Under the pieces are notes generated by a model. That model saw only the letters and a list, made by a program, of their open reading frames with translations. It made no database searches and was not told where the DNA came from. Below are positions 6,991 through 14,292 of a stretch of DNA of 50,337 nucleotides, one piece after another. Each line of letters opens with the position of its first letter. Within the stretch, counting starts at the first letter, position 1. The DNA is from Acetobacterales bacterium (GTDB lineage Bacteria > Pseudomonadota > Alphaproteobacteria > Acetobacterales > Acetobacteraceae): positions 1 to 50,337 of the forward strand of contig JBBROR010000001.1 in NCBI GenBank assembly GCA_038229175.1, written 5' to 3'. A program made the translations under genes and the position numbers.

Positions 6991-7716
6991 ATGATTCACA
7001 CGTTGTTAGAGCCTCTTTTTCAGCCCATCATCGACCGTGATGGGAACGTCTACGCCTACGAGGCATTGATGCGGTTGCGCGGCGGGGCGGAAGTTAGCCC
7101 TGCCAGCATGGTGAAGCGCTGGGAGCAGACCGGCTTCATCAAAATGGCGGACCTCGCCATGCTGCGCCGGATTGCGGAGCAGCTGGCCGCCAGCGGGACC
7201 AGGCCGCGCATCGCGGTCAATGTCTCCATCGCCACCGTGGAGGCCGCCGGCGACGAGTACATGCAGGCCCTGATCGAGCTGGCCCCGCATGCGCGCCGCC
7301 TGATCGTGGAGCTGACAGAAACGGCCGCCGTCACGAACGCGGCAGCGCTGCGCAGCTTTCACCGCGCTTGCACCTTGAACCGCTTCATCGTCGCCCTGGA
7401 CGATTGCCGGCCAGGCCATCCCTACGGCACGCGGGCCTTCATCGACAACTTCCGTCCGCACCTTATCAAGATCGACGGCGAATACCTGCAGCAGTGCCAC
7501 CAGGACGGCCAGCTGGCCGCGATCCGCGAGCTGATCGAGGCGGCGCACCGCCGCGACGCCCGCGTGATCGCCGAGTACGTCAGCACATTGGAGCTGCAGG
7601 AGTTCGCTTTCTACCTCGGAGCCGATTACGTCCAGGGCTTCGTGCTGGGGCGGCCGGCGCCCTTGCTGTCACTTCATGGAAGCGTGTACACGCATCCGAT
7701 TGTCATCAACGTCTAA
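6991..7716 (+). CDS. Stand-alone EAL-domain protein (putative c-di-GMP phosphodiesterase), 241 aa
   Basis: EAL signature residues are present: FQPI, YEALMRL, AVNVS, VELTE, ALDDC, KIDG, AEYV, QGFVLGRP. Strong SD (CAGGAGG). Confidence 0.8.
   Translation: MIHTLLEPLFQPIIDRDGNVYAYEALMRLRGGAEVSPASMVKRWEQTGFIKMADLAMLRRIAEQLAASGTRPRIAVNVSIATVEAAGDEYMQALIELAPHARRLIVELTETAAVTNAAALRSFHRACTLNRFIVALDDCRPGHPYGTRAFIDNFRPHLIKIDGEYLQQCHQDGQLAAIRELIEAAHRRDARVIAEYVSTLELQEFAFYLGADYVQGFVLGRPAPLLSLHGSVYTHPIVINV
7682..7693. promoter_or_regulatory. GCGTGTACACGC palindrome, copy 1 of 3
   Basis: 12-bp perfect palindrome preceded by ATGGAA. It lies 40 nt upstream of ATG 7733. Confidence 0.5.
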
Positions 7717-7732
7717 CGCCAAGGAGCCACAC

Positions 7733-7927
7733 ATGGGACGCATCGCCACATTTGACGAACTCACCGACCAGGAAAAAGACCTGGTGTACTCGACCTTCGG
7801 AAAGCGCAGGAGCAACCAGCGGTATTTGTACGAACTCGACGGCACTGGCCAGCGCGTCCACCGCAACGCGGTGCCGGCGCTGGACCCCAGGAAGCCACGT
7901 TTCGAGAGCCAGCAAGGCGCCTATTAA
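7733..7927 (+). CDS. Hypothetical small protein, 64 aa
   Basis: AAGGAG 6 nt upstream of ATG 7733. Confidence 0.55.
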   Translation: MGRIATFDELTDQEKDLVYSTFGKRRSNQRYLYELDGTGQRVHRNAVPALDPRKPRFESQQGAY

Positions 7928-8066
7928 ATTCGCCGTTTTTTGATGAGCGATCAACTTAATTCGTGGTCGGCGTAATACACTATCGCTTTTCCACCAAACC
8001 GCGAATAGGGCCATTTATGCATGCTTTTCAAGTACCACCAGGCGCGCCCGGAAAGACGGGCGACCA

Positions 8067-8615
8067 ATGAAACGAAAGCTTATCCAGAACCTGCTGCAGA
8101 TCGAGGCGGACCAGCTGGCCGACGAAGCGCTGCGGCTGTTGCCAGGCACAGGCGAGGCCGATCCGCACGCGGCGGCCGCCAGGCTGGTCCTGAAGGACGC
8201 ATTGACCCAAAGCCGCCAGGCCGGCTTGCTCGATGCGCCCGAGTTCTTTTTTCGGACCTGCAGCAGCACGGCCGCGCAGCTGACGGCCTTCCTGCAAGGG
8301 ACCGAGGCCGGCAACCTGGGCAAGCGGGACATGGCGCGCAGCCAGGCGATGCTGACCGAGCTGCTGACCAGCAAAGCCGGCCGCAAGAAGACCAGCGAAC
8401 GCTCGCGGCAGGAGCAGCTGGCCGACGCGCAGCAGCGCCGGCGCGAGCGCAACCTGGAAGAGGGGCGCAAACGGCTCAATGTCTGGATCAGTCCCGAGGC
8501 GGCCGCTTACCTCGATGCGATCCAGGCGATTCACCACAAGGACAGCCAGGCGGCCGCGCTTGAGCTGGTCCTGGATGCCGCGATGAAGGGCGAAGCCCTG
8601 CAGCGGCGTATTTGA
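8067..8615 (+). CDS. Hypothetical protein with a C-terminal ribbon-helix-helix-like segment, 182 aa
   Basis: High GC3 frame. C-terminal part RLNVWISPEAAAYLDAIQAIHHKDSQAAALELVLDAAM looks CopG/RHH-like. Confidence 0.6.
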   Translation: MKRKLIQNLLQIEADQLADEALRLLPGTGEADPHAAAARLVLKDALTQSRQAGLLDAPEFFFRTCSSTAAQLTAFLQGTEAGNLGKRDMARSQAMLTELLTSKAGRKKTSERSRQEQLADAQQRRRERNLEEGRKRLNVWISPEAAAYLDAIQAIHHKDSQAAALELVLDAAMKGEALQRRI

Positions 8616-8887
8616 TGAACACAAAGACGAGGGACACGAACATGGCGAAATTTCCTGATACCGACGACACGCTGCAGCACATCCTGCGCATCGCACGGCA
8701 TGCGCGCAGCGAGGGCTACGGCGTGCTTTCCACCGGCGAGCGCCTGGGCGCCGCGCTGGCATTGAATCGCGCCGACTGGCTGGCCAGCATGGACTACACG
8801 ATGGCCGAGGCCATCGACCGGCTCGACGGTCCTTGGCTGGCCCGCATCCCCCAGGCTGCGCGCACCCTGAAGGACGACGAGCAATGA
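8612..8887 (+). CDS. Hypothetical protein, 91 aa
   Basis: ATGA start/stop overlap with the upstream gene. Confidence 0.55.
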   Translation: MMNTKTRDTNMAKFPDTDDTLQHILRIARHARSEGYGVLSTGERLGAALALNRADWLASMDYTMAEAIDRLDGPWLARIPQAARTLKDDEQ

Positions 8888-9225
8888 GCCGCGAGCCGAT
8901 CAAGGACGACAACCTGGTTATCGTGCGGTGCATCGACGCCCGTTGGTTCCAGGTCAGAAAAGGCAACCGCGCCATACCAGGCACGCAAGTGCCGCTGCCG
9001 GTGCCGGAATGGGAAGTGCGCGACGCGCTGGCCCGCCTCATCGTCGCCGCGACCTCGCTGGACTCCGCGCCCTACCTGACCAAGCTGTTCAAGCGGGAGC
9101 GCTACACGCAGGCGGTCGCGTTCCAGGCGCAAGCGAACAAGCACTACTGCCAGGTGGCCAATAAGTCAAAGGCGCACGCGGCGGCCGCCAACCAACTCGC
9201 CGGCCAGCTGGCCACCACGGAGTAG
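8884..9225 (+). CDS. Hypothetical protein, 113 aa from ATG 8884
   Basis: ATGA overlap with the upstream gene. Translation starts MSREPIKDDNLVIVRCIDARWFQV. Confidence 0.55.
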   Translation: MSREPIKDDNLVIVRCIDARWFQVRKGNRAIPGTQVPLPVPEWEVRDALARLIVAATSLDSAPYLTKLFKRERYTQAVAFQAQANKHYCQVANKSKAHAAAANQLAGQLATTE

Positions 9226-9228
9226 ACC

Positions 9229-10431
9229 ATGAAAAAAGACCCCATCATTGCGCAGTACGAGGACTGGACCTACCCGTTACCGATTACCGATCTGACGGCA
9301 TACGCGGCCGCTGGCGGGCACGATCTATCCGACCCGAGCCGGATCATGGCCAAGCTCTGGCCACGCCACGACGCACCCGAGACGCTGCGCATCCTGGTCG
9401 CCGGCTGCGGCGCCAACCAGGCGGCCGTCGTCGCGCATGCCAACCCCCAACACCACGTTACCGGCATCGACTTGTCCGGCCAGGCTATGGAACACCACGG
9501 CCGCCTCAAGGATCGCTTTGGCCTTTCCAATTTGGCGTTAAACCAGATCGCCGTGGAGGACGTTAAATCGCTGTCCCAGGACTACGACTACATCATTTGC
9601 ACCGGCGTGCTCCATCACCTGGTGGACCCGGCCGCCGGCCTGCAGGCGCTCGCCGGCGTTCTCAGCGCCGGCGGCGTCCTCAGTGCCATGGTCTACGGCC
9701 AGCATCACCGCGCCGGCGTCTACCAGGTCCAGGAGGCCTTGCGCGTCCTTGGCGCCGGCCGCAACCCCGCCGGCGTCGCCCTGGCCCGCGATACCGTCTC
9801 GCGCCTGCCCGAGGACCACCACGCCAGGCCCTACATGCGGGTGGCGCCCGATCTGTCCTACGAGGCCGGCTTTGTCGATACGTTCCTCAATGCGCGTGAC
9901 CGCGCCTACACCGTTCCCCAGGTGATCGACCTGGCGAACGGGAGCGGCCTGCTGTTCCAAGGCTGGCTCGACAATCTGTACTACAACCCGGCGGCCGTGT
10001 TCGCGGCCGATGCGAAAATTCAGGATCGCATTTACGACTTGCCGCTGGCCGAACAATGGAATGTGGTCGATCTCCTGGCCCAGCTGACCGGAACCCATCG
10101 GTTCCTGCTCAGCTGGGGCGGCGGCGACTACGACAGGCCGGGGGAGAGCATCCTGGATGCGATCCCGAGCAAGCATCCCGAACTGGTGATCGCCGACGCG
10201 GACGAGAACCAGGTACGGCGCGCCTTCCACCGCTTCACCGTGGACAAGCGCATGCTGGCCATCCTGAAACGCATCGATGGCCAGACGAGCATGCGCCAGC
10301 TGCTCGCCGGCATCACGCAGCCGGAAGAACACGAATTCGCCGTCCAGGTATTGATGCTGCTGATCGACATGGACCACCTGTTTTATCAACGCCCCGCCTC
10401 GAGCGCGACCGCCTCGAGCGCGGCCGTCTGA
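9229..10431 (+). CDS. Class I SAM-dependent methyltransferase, 400 aa, with a C-terminal PqqD/RRE-like segment
   Basis: Motif I ILVAGCGANQA, DYIICTGVLHHL and GGVLSAMVYG. The C-terminus LAILKRIDGQTSMRQLLAGITQPEEHEFAVQVLMLLIDMDHLFYQ resembles PqqD-type peptide-binding domains. No DNA-methylase DPPY/NPPY motif. Confidence 0.75.
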   Translation: MKKDPIIAQYEDWTYPLPITDLTAYAAAGGHDLSDPSRIMAKLWPRHDAPETLRILVAGCGANQAAVVAHANPQHHVTGIDLSGQAMEHHGRLKDRFGLSNLALNQIAVEDVKSLSQDYDYIICTGVLHHLVDPAAGLQALAGVLSAGGVLSAMVYGQHHRAGVYQVQEALRVLGAGRNPAGVALARDTVSRLPEDHHARPYMRVAPDLSYEAGFVDTFLNARDRAYTVPQVIDLANGSGLLFQGWLDNLYYNPAAVFAADAKIQDRIYDLPLAEQWNVVDLLAQLTGTHRFLLSWGGGDYDRPGESILDAIPSKHPELVIADADENQVRRAFHRFTVDKRMLAILKRIDGQTSMRQLLAGITQPEEHEFAVQVLMLLIDMDHLFYQRPASSATASSAAV

Positions 10432-10463
10432 CCCCACGAATCGCATTTAAGGAGAATTACCGT

Positions 10464-11363
10464 ATGAAACAGACCATCCTCGCCGGCGCCGTCGCCGCCG
10501 TCCTCGCCTGCAGCGTTTCCGGCTGCGGTTCCCTGCAGCCGGCCGCGACGCCGGCGATGCAGTTCAATTACGCCACAACCGACAGCGCAGCGACCGGCCT
10601 GGTGCGCGCTTTCGACATGAACGGCAATACCGTCTTGCAGTTCGTAGACCTGGCGCTGGCCAAGCCCAGCATCTACGAGCCTGGCAAGGCCGATCCCCTG
10701 CCCTTCGGCGTCATCGGCCAGTACGCGGTCCTGCAGGGCATCCATCCGGCGCTGCGCGTCCGGACGGCGGGAGGCGACGCCGCCGTGAGGCGCGCCGATC
10801 CGGCGCCGGCACCAGCTGGCCAAGCTGCAGCGCCCGACGCGCTGGCGACCACGCGCGCCGAGCTAGCCCAGGCACAAACCGAGCTTGCGGCCGTGAAGCG
10901 CGAGCTGGCCGCGCTGCAGGCGAATCCCTCGGCAACGGCGCAGGCGGTGCAAACGGCGGCGGCCGGCATCGACAACATCGAGCAGCGCCTGGCCAGCACC
11001 GCGAACGCCATCGTTCGCGTTAATTTCGACTTCGCCAGCACGGTATTCGAGCCGACGCCTGGCGCCAGCGCGAACCTGCTGGCCGGCGCGAAGATGGCAA
11101 CCAGGATCAACGTGCGCGGCCATACGGACAGCGCGACGGCCGACCAGGCGAATTACGCGGTCGCCCTTGGCCGCGCCCTCGCCACCAGGCAGTACCTGGT
11201 CAAGCACGGCGTCGATGGGCGGAAAATCAAGCTCTTCGCTTACCCGGCCGGCCGCTTCGTGGCCGAGAACAAAACCGCCGAAGGACGGCGACAAAATCGC
11301 CGCGTGGAAGTCGAACTAATGGGACAAACCGCGCCAATCGTCGCAGCCTCGGGAGCTAACTAA
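10464..11363 (+). CDS. OmpA-family peptidoglycan-binding lipoprotein, 299 aa
   Basis: GGAG SD. Signal peptide with lipobox (AVLACSVSGC), an N-terminal beta domain, an Ala-rich coiled linker and a C-terminal OmpA motif INVRGHTDS...ALGRALATRQYL...NRRVEVEL. Confidence 0.8.
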   Translation: MKQTILAGAVAAVLACSVSGCGSLQPAATPAMQFNYATTDSAATGLVRAFDMNGNTVLQFVDLALAKPSIYEPGKADPLPFGVIGQYAVLQGIHPALRVRTAGGDAAVRRADPAPAPAGQAAAPDALATTRAELAQAQTELAAVKRELAALQANPSATAQAVQTAAAGIDNIEQRLASTANAIVRVNFDFASTVFEPTPGASANLLAGAKMATRINVRGHTDSATADQANYAVALGRALATRQYLVKHGVDGRKIKLFAYPAGRFVAENKTAEGRRQNRRVEVELMGQTAPIVAASGAN

Positions 11364-11782
11364 TGACCAATCCTCGCTTAGTGAAGCATGTTCAAGCCGA
11401 AAACAAAATGTCATTTTGGGAGGATTGGGGGTCAGGTATAAAACTGACTGCCCTGATCGTTGTGGCGATCATCATGTTAGCGACCTATGCAGTCGATGCT
11501 TTTTTTGATGGAGACACGGCACTGATGCAGAAAAAGATTGACGATGCCACTATCGTGTCCGCAAGTGGAAAATTTGCTGTCGAGCAGTTTAGCGAGTGCA
11601 AAGCGACCAAGAACAAAGCAGAGGCGGAATGCATCGCCGCCGTGATCCAGGCGGCCGCCAGCCTCCACGGCGAGCCGTTCGGCCGGGAGGTGGCCAGGTC
11701 ATTAAGCGCCTGGTTGGACAGCTCGAAACACCTGGTCGAGGTCAGAGAAAAAGAGAAACACGCGAGAAAGATATTCGAATAA
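11363..11782 (+). CDS. Membrane-anchored hypothetical protein, 139 aa
   Basis: One TM segment (IKLTALIVVAIIMLATYAV). Start overlaps the upstream stop (TAATG). Locally lower GC. Confidence 0.55.
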   Translation: MTNPRLVKHVQAENKMSFWEDWGSGIKLTALIVVAIIMLATYAVDAFFDGDTALMQKKIDDATIVSASGKFAVEQFSECKATKNKAEAECIAAVIQAAASLHGEPFGREVARSLSAWLDSSKHLVEVREKEKHARKIFE

Positions 11783-11795
11783 AGGAGTGATAGCC

Positions 11796-12086
11796 ATGTC
11801 ATCGACCGAGGAAGAAGAAGCGATTGAACTTGAAGTGCGCCGGACACTGACGGCGTACAAGCTGGCACTCATCAACACGAACTATAGAAACTGGAATCAC
11901 CGCCTCATGCTGTGGCTCGGCGACGACGAGGCGGTGAAATTCGAGGCCGCCCTGGTTGAACTTGAGGCCATCGCCCGCAAGGTGGCCAACACTTCGGAAG
12001 CGCACAAACGCTATGTCCGCATCGTGTCAAGCCAGCAGCCGAGCTTCGTGCGCGACCGCGACCAGTTTCTTGCCCTTCTGGCGTAA
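11796..12086 (+). CDS. Hypothetical protein, 96 aa from ATG 11796
   Basis: AAAGGAG 8 nt upstream. Confidence 0.55.
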   Translation: MSSTEEEEAIELEVRRTLTAYKLALINTNYRNWNHRLMLWLGDDEAVKFEAALVELEAIARKVANTSEAHKRYVRIVSSQQPSFVRDRDQFLALLA

Positions 12087-12106
12087 TCCGATCCTGCTTT
12101 GCTTTT

Positions 12107-12130
12107 AATGGCCCGCTGTTGCGGGCCATT
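12107..12130. terminator. Bidirectional stem-loop terminator between convergent genes
   Basis: aatggcccgc-tgtt-gcgggccatt, a 10-bp perfect stem, flanked by ttttaa and ttcttc. Confidence 0.65.
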
Positions 12131-12148
12131 CTTCGCTCGCGCGGCGCC

Positions 12149-12859
12149 TCACGATAGCCGTCCTATACGATCCCTGAACGTCGGATGCGCGCTCAAAAGC
12201 GCCTGCCATCCTGGTGCGTCGCCCGTCGCCTCGGCGACATGAACCAGGGCCGCCCGTACCTCGGCCGCGCCGACGATCCCGGCCGCGTGACGGTCGGCCG
12301 CGTACTCCATTTGACGCATCGCCCACAGGGCGAAAAAGTTGGCCAACAAGACGACGAAAGGCGTGTTACTGGTCAAGATGGCCAGGGTCAGCAGCGAGCC
12401 ATATATGGCCAGGCGGACAAGCGAATGCCGCAGCCTGATATGGCCGAATTCATGCGCGAGTATGGCGCGCATCAAGCCCTCATCGAGGCGTGCAGCGCCG
12501 GCGCTCATCAAGACCGTCGTGCCTTGCGCCATGCCCGTCACCATCACGTCCAATTTGTCGCTCTCGTAGACGTAGAACCGTGGCGGTTGAATGCCGCTAT
12601 GGGCCGCAGCAAGCGCGCCTACATGCTCCACCCGCCGAATGCTCGCAACGTCCGGCTCCCGCCGGATCAGCAGAGCGGCGCGGACCATCGGTTCAAGCAG
12701 CAGCAGGGCATACACCGCACCGAAGCACGCCCACATCGTAGCCGCCACACCTACCCCACCGAATCCGGCAAGCGTTCGCGCAAGGTTATCGAGTAGGGCG
12801 ACCAGTATTAACAAACTGGCAAAAAACAGGGTAAATCGCGTGATTCGACGCATGGCCAT
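12149..12859 (-). CDS. M48-family (HtpX-like) membrane zinc metalloprotease, 236 aa
   Basis: HEXXH motif ILAHEFGHIRLRH, four hydrophobic segments and a downstream EYAAD motif. Confidence 0.75.
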   Translation of the reverse strand: MAMRRITRFTLFFASLLILVALLDNLARTLAGFGGVGVAATMWACFGAVYALLLLEPMVRAALLIRREPDVASIRRVEHVGALAAAHSGIQPPRFYVYESDKLDVMVTGMAQGTTVLMSAGAARLDEGLMRAILAHEFGHIRLRHSLVRLAIYGSLLTLAILTSNTPFVVLLANFFALWAMRQMEYAADRHAAGIVGAAEVRAALVHVAEATGDAPGWQALLSAHPTFRDRIGRLS

Positions 12860-13301
12860 GTTCCCTTGATAAGTACCGCCTCTATCTTGCCTGATAAGCG
12901 CGGCCGCCGCCGGTCATTTCCGCACCCACACCATGCGGCGCTTCGCTCTGGTACTGCCTGAACAGCGCCGCCTTGCGGCATGAAAGCGCACGGCCGAACG
13001 GCCGGCCCCGCGCTGCGGCGTTGCCGCCGTGGGCAAAACGTCATCGTGGCCATTCCTTTCCGCCTTGTCCTAAGCGCGTTGCATCAGCGCCCCGGTCCTG
13101 CCTTTTGTTCGACGCATAGCACGGTCCTGGCAGCGGTCAAGGGTTCGCTTCGCCGGCGCCTTCCCCCGTTCGGTCTTCGCCTGCGGCTCGATCCGCTGCG
13201 GCCTCAGTTCCCGCCCTTGACCGCCGCCAGGCCCGCGCTAACCCCGCGTCAAGGCAGAACCGAAGCGCCGATCCAACAGGACAAACCGAAAAGGAAAAAT
13301 C

Positions 13302-13481
13302 ATGGCCACGACGACAACCCACAACAGCAAAACCACAAACACCGTGGGCTTCCAGCCCGGTAAGGCACTCCAAGAAACAGTTTTCAAAGGCAAGATCAAG
13401 TACGTTGTTCTGAACGGCAGCAAAATCAAGATGGTGCACGACGGCCGCCAATGGTGGAACGTGGAAGTAACAGCAGCCTAA
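13302..13481 (+). CDS. Small ORF absent from the supplied track, 59 aa: MATTTTHNSKTTNTVGFQPGKALQETVFKGKIKYVVLNGSKIKMVHDGRQWWNVEVTAA
   Basis: Hand translation. AAGGA lies 7 nt upstream of ATG 13302. The ORF is just under the track length cut-off. Confidence 0.45.
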   Translation: MATTTTHNSKTTNTVGFQPGKALQETVFKGKIKYVVLNGSKIKMVHDGRQWWNVEVTAA

Positions 13482-13539
13482 TCCCGAAGGCTGGCGCTAC
13501 CGGCGCCGGCCACATTCAACAAACTTTGCGAGGTCTACC

Positions 13540-13740
13540 ATGCCAACATTCAACCAAGTTCAAAAGGCGCTCGATAACTGCATCAAGGCAGAGCCGACTA
13601 TCGACTTCCAACTGTCCAAGGATGCGAGCCAGCTGGGAACCGTCATCGGCCTGATGATCCACTTCAAGGAAGACGAGCGCGCCCTGGAAAACTTCACGTC
13701 CTCGCAGCAAGCCGTGTACAAGCGCTGGGAGTCGCAATAA
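13540..13740 (+). CDS. Hypothetical protein, 66 aa
   Basis: GAGG upstream. Its stop overlaps the next start (TAATG). Confidence 0.5.
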   Translation: MPTFNQVQKALDNCIKAEPTIDFQLSKDASQLGTVIGLMIHFKEDERALENFTSSQQAVYKRWESQ

Positions 13741-14162
13741 TGCCGGTCGCCGATCTGTTCCCCGAAACCCTCGGGGAGCTGGGGCCAATCGTCGCCTACG
13801 AGAGCAAGGACTTTTGCGACCAGTACGGCAATCCTCGGATTGTCGTTCGGCTGGTGCCGAAGTGGGACGACAAAGCCGGCTTGTGGACGGTCGGCTGGTT
13901 CTGTAATGTCGAGAACGCCGTAGACGAGTGGTTCCCAGGTGCTGGCACGCCGGCAAATTATCCCTGGTATCGCACCCAGGACCAGCCGGCCGCGAAGCAG
14001 CTGGCCGTCGCCTGCGCCACGGCCGCACGCGCCGTCAAATTCGTCTTGCTGCAGATGCTCGCGTATACCGACTCGGCCGAGGTCGGGGCCAATACGCGGC
14101 GCATCGAGGCGCAGCTGGAAGACCAGGCGCGTCGCTGGTTCCTCGGCGAAGACACGATTTGA
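13740..14162 (+). CDS. Hypothetical protein, 140 aa
   Basis: Translationally coupled to the upstream ORF. Trp-rich. No family recognised. Confidence 0.55.
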   Translation: MPVADLFPETLGELGPIVAYESKDFCDQYGNPRIVVRLVPKWDDKAGLWTVGWFCNVENAVDEWFPGAGTPANYPWYRTQDQPAAKQLAVACATAARAVKFVLLQMLAYTDSAEVGANTRRIEAQLEDQARRWFLGEDTI

Positions 14163-14176
14163 CCTTTGAGAAAAGG

Positions 14177-14201
14177 AAAGGCCCGCTACTCGCGGGCCTT
14201 T
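14177..14201. terminator. Stem-loop terminator
   Basis: aaaggcccgc-tactc-gcgggccttt, a 10-bp stem followed by T residues. Confidence 0.65.
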
Positions 14202-14292
14202 CTACGTCAACAGCTGCCACGCCCTACGCCGAACAAGCCCCGGCCGATCAACCTGGCCCGCCCTTGCCCTCCGGGTTGCCTGCGGCAATTCT

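Noticed and set aside
7676-7702. Reading the ATGG..CGTGTACACGC..TTG motif as a sigma54 (-24 GG / -12 GC) promoter
   Set aside because: The spacing and bases do not fit TGGCAC-N5-TTGC. The palindromic core fits a dimeric repressor site better.
10056-10463. N-terminal 136-codon extension of the OmpA-lipoprotein ORF. Similar upstream extensions exist for resolvase 4814, RepA 22161, SprT-like 24187, VirB4 31095, TrbJ 33674, TrbL 34582 and transglycosylase 41226
   Set aside because: The extensions overlap the preceding genes and translate to junk. Internal ATGs have good SD sequences and yield proper signal peptides or conserved N-termini.
13135-13254. Riboswitch or attenuator built from three complementary 7-9-nt segments
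   Set aside because: Complementarity of this length is expected by chance at roughly the observed frequency in a GC-rich 440-nt window. I kept it only as a low-interest note within the ORF-free-region finding.
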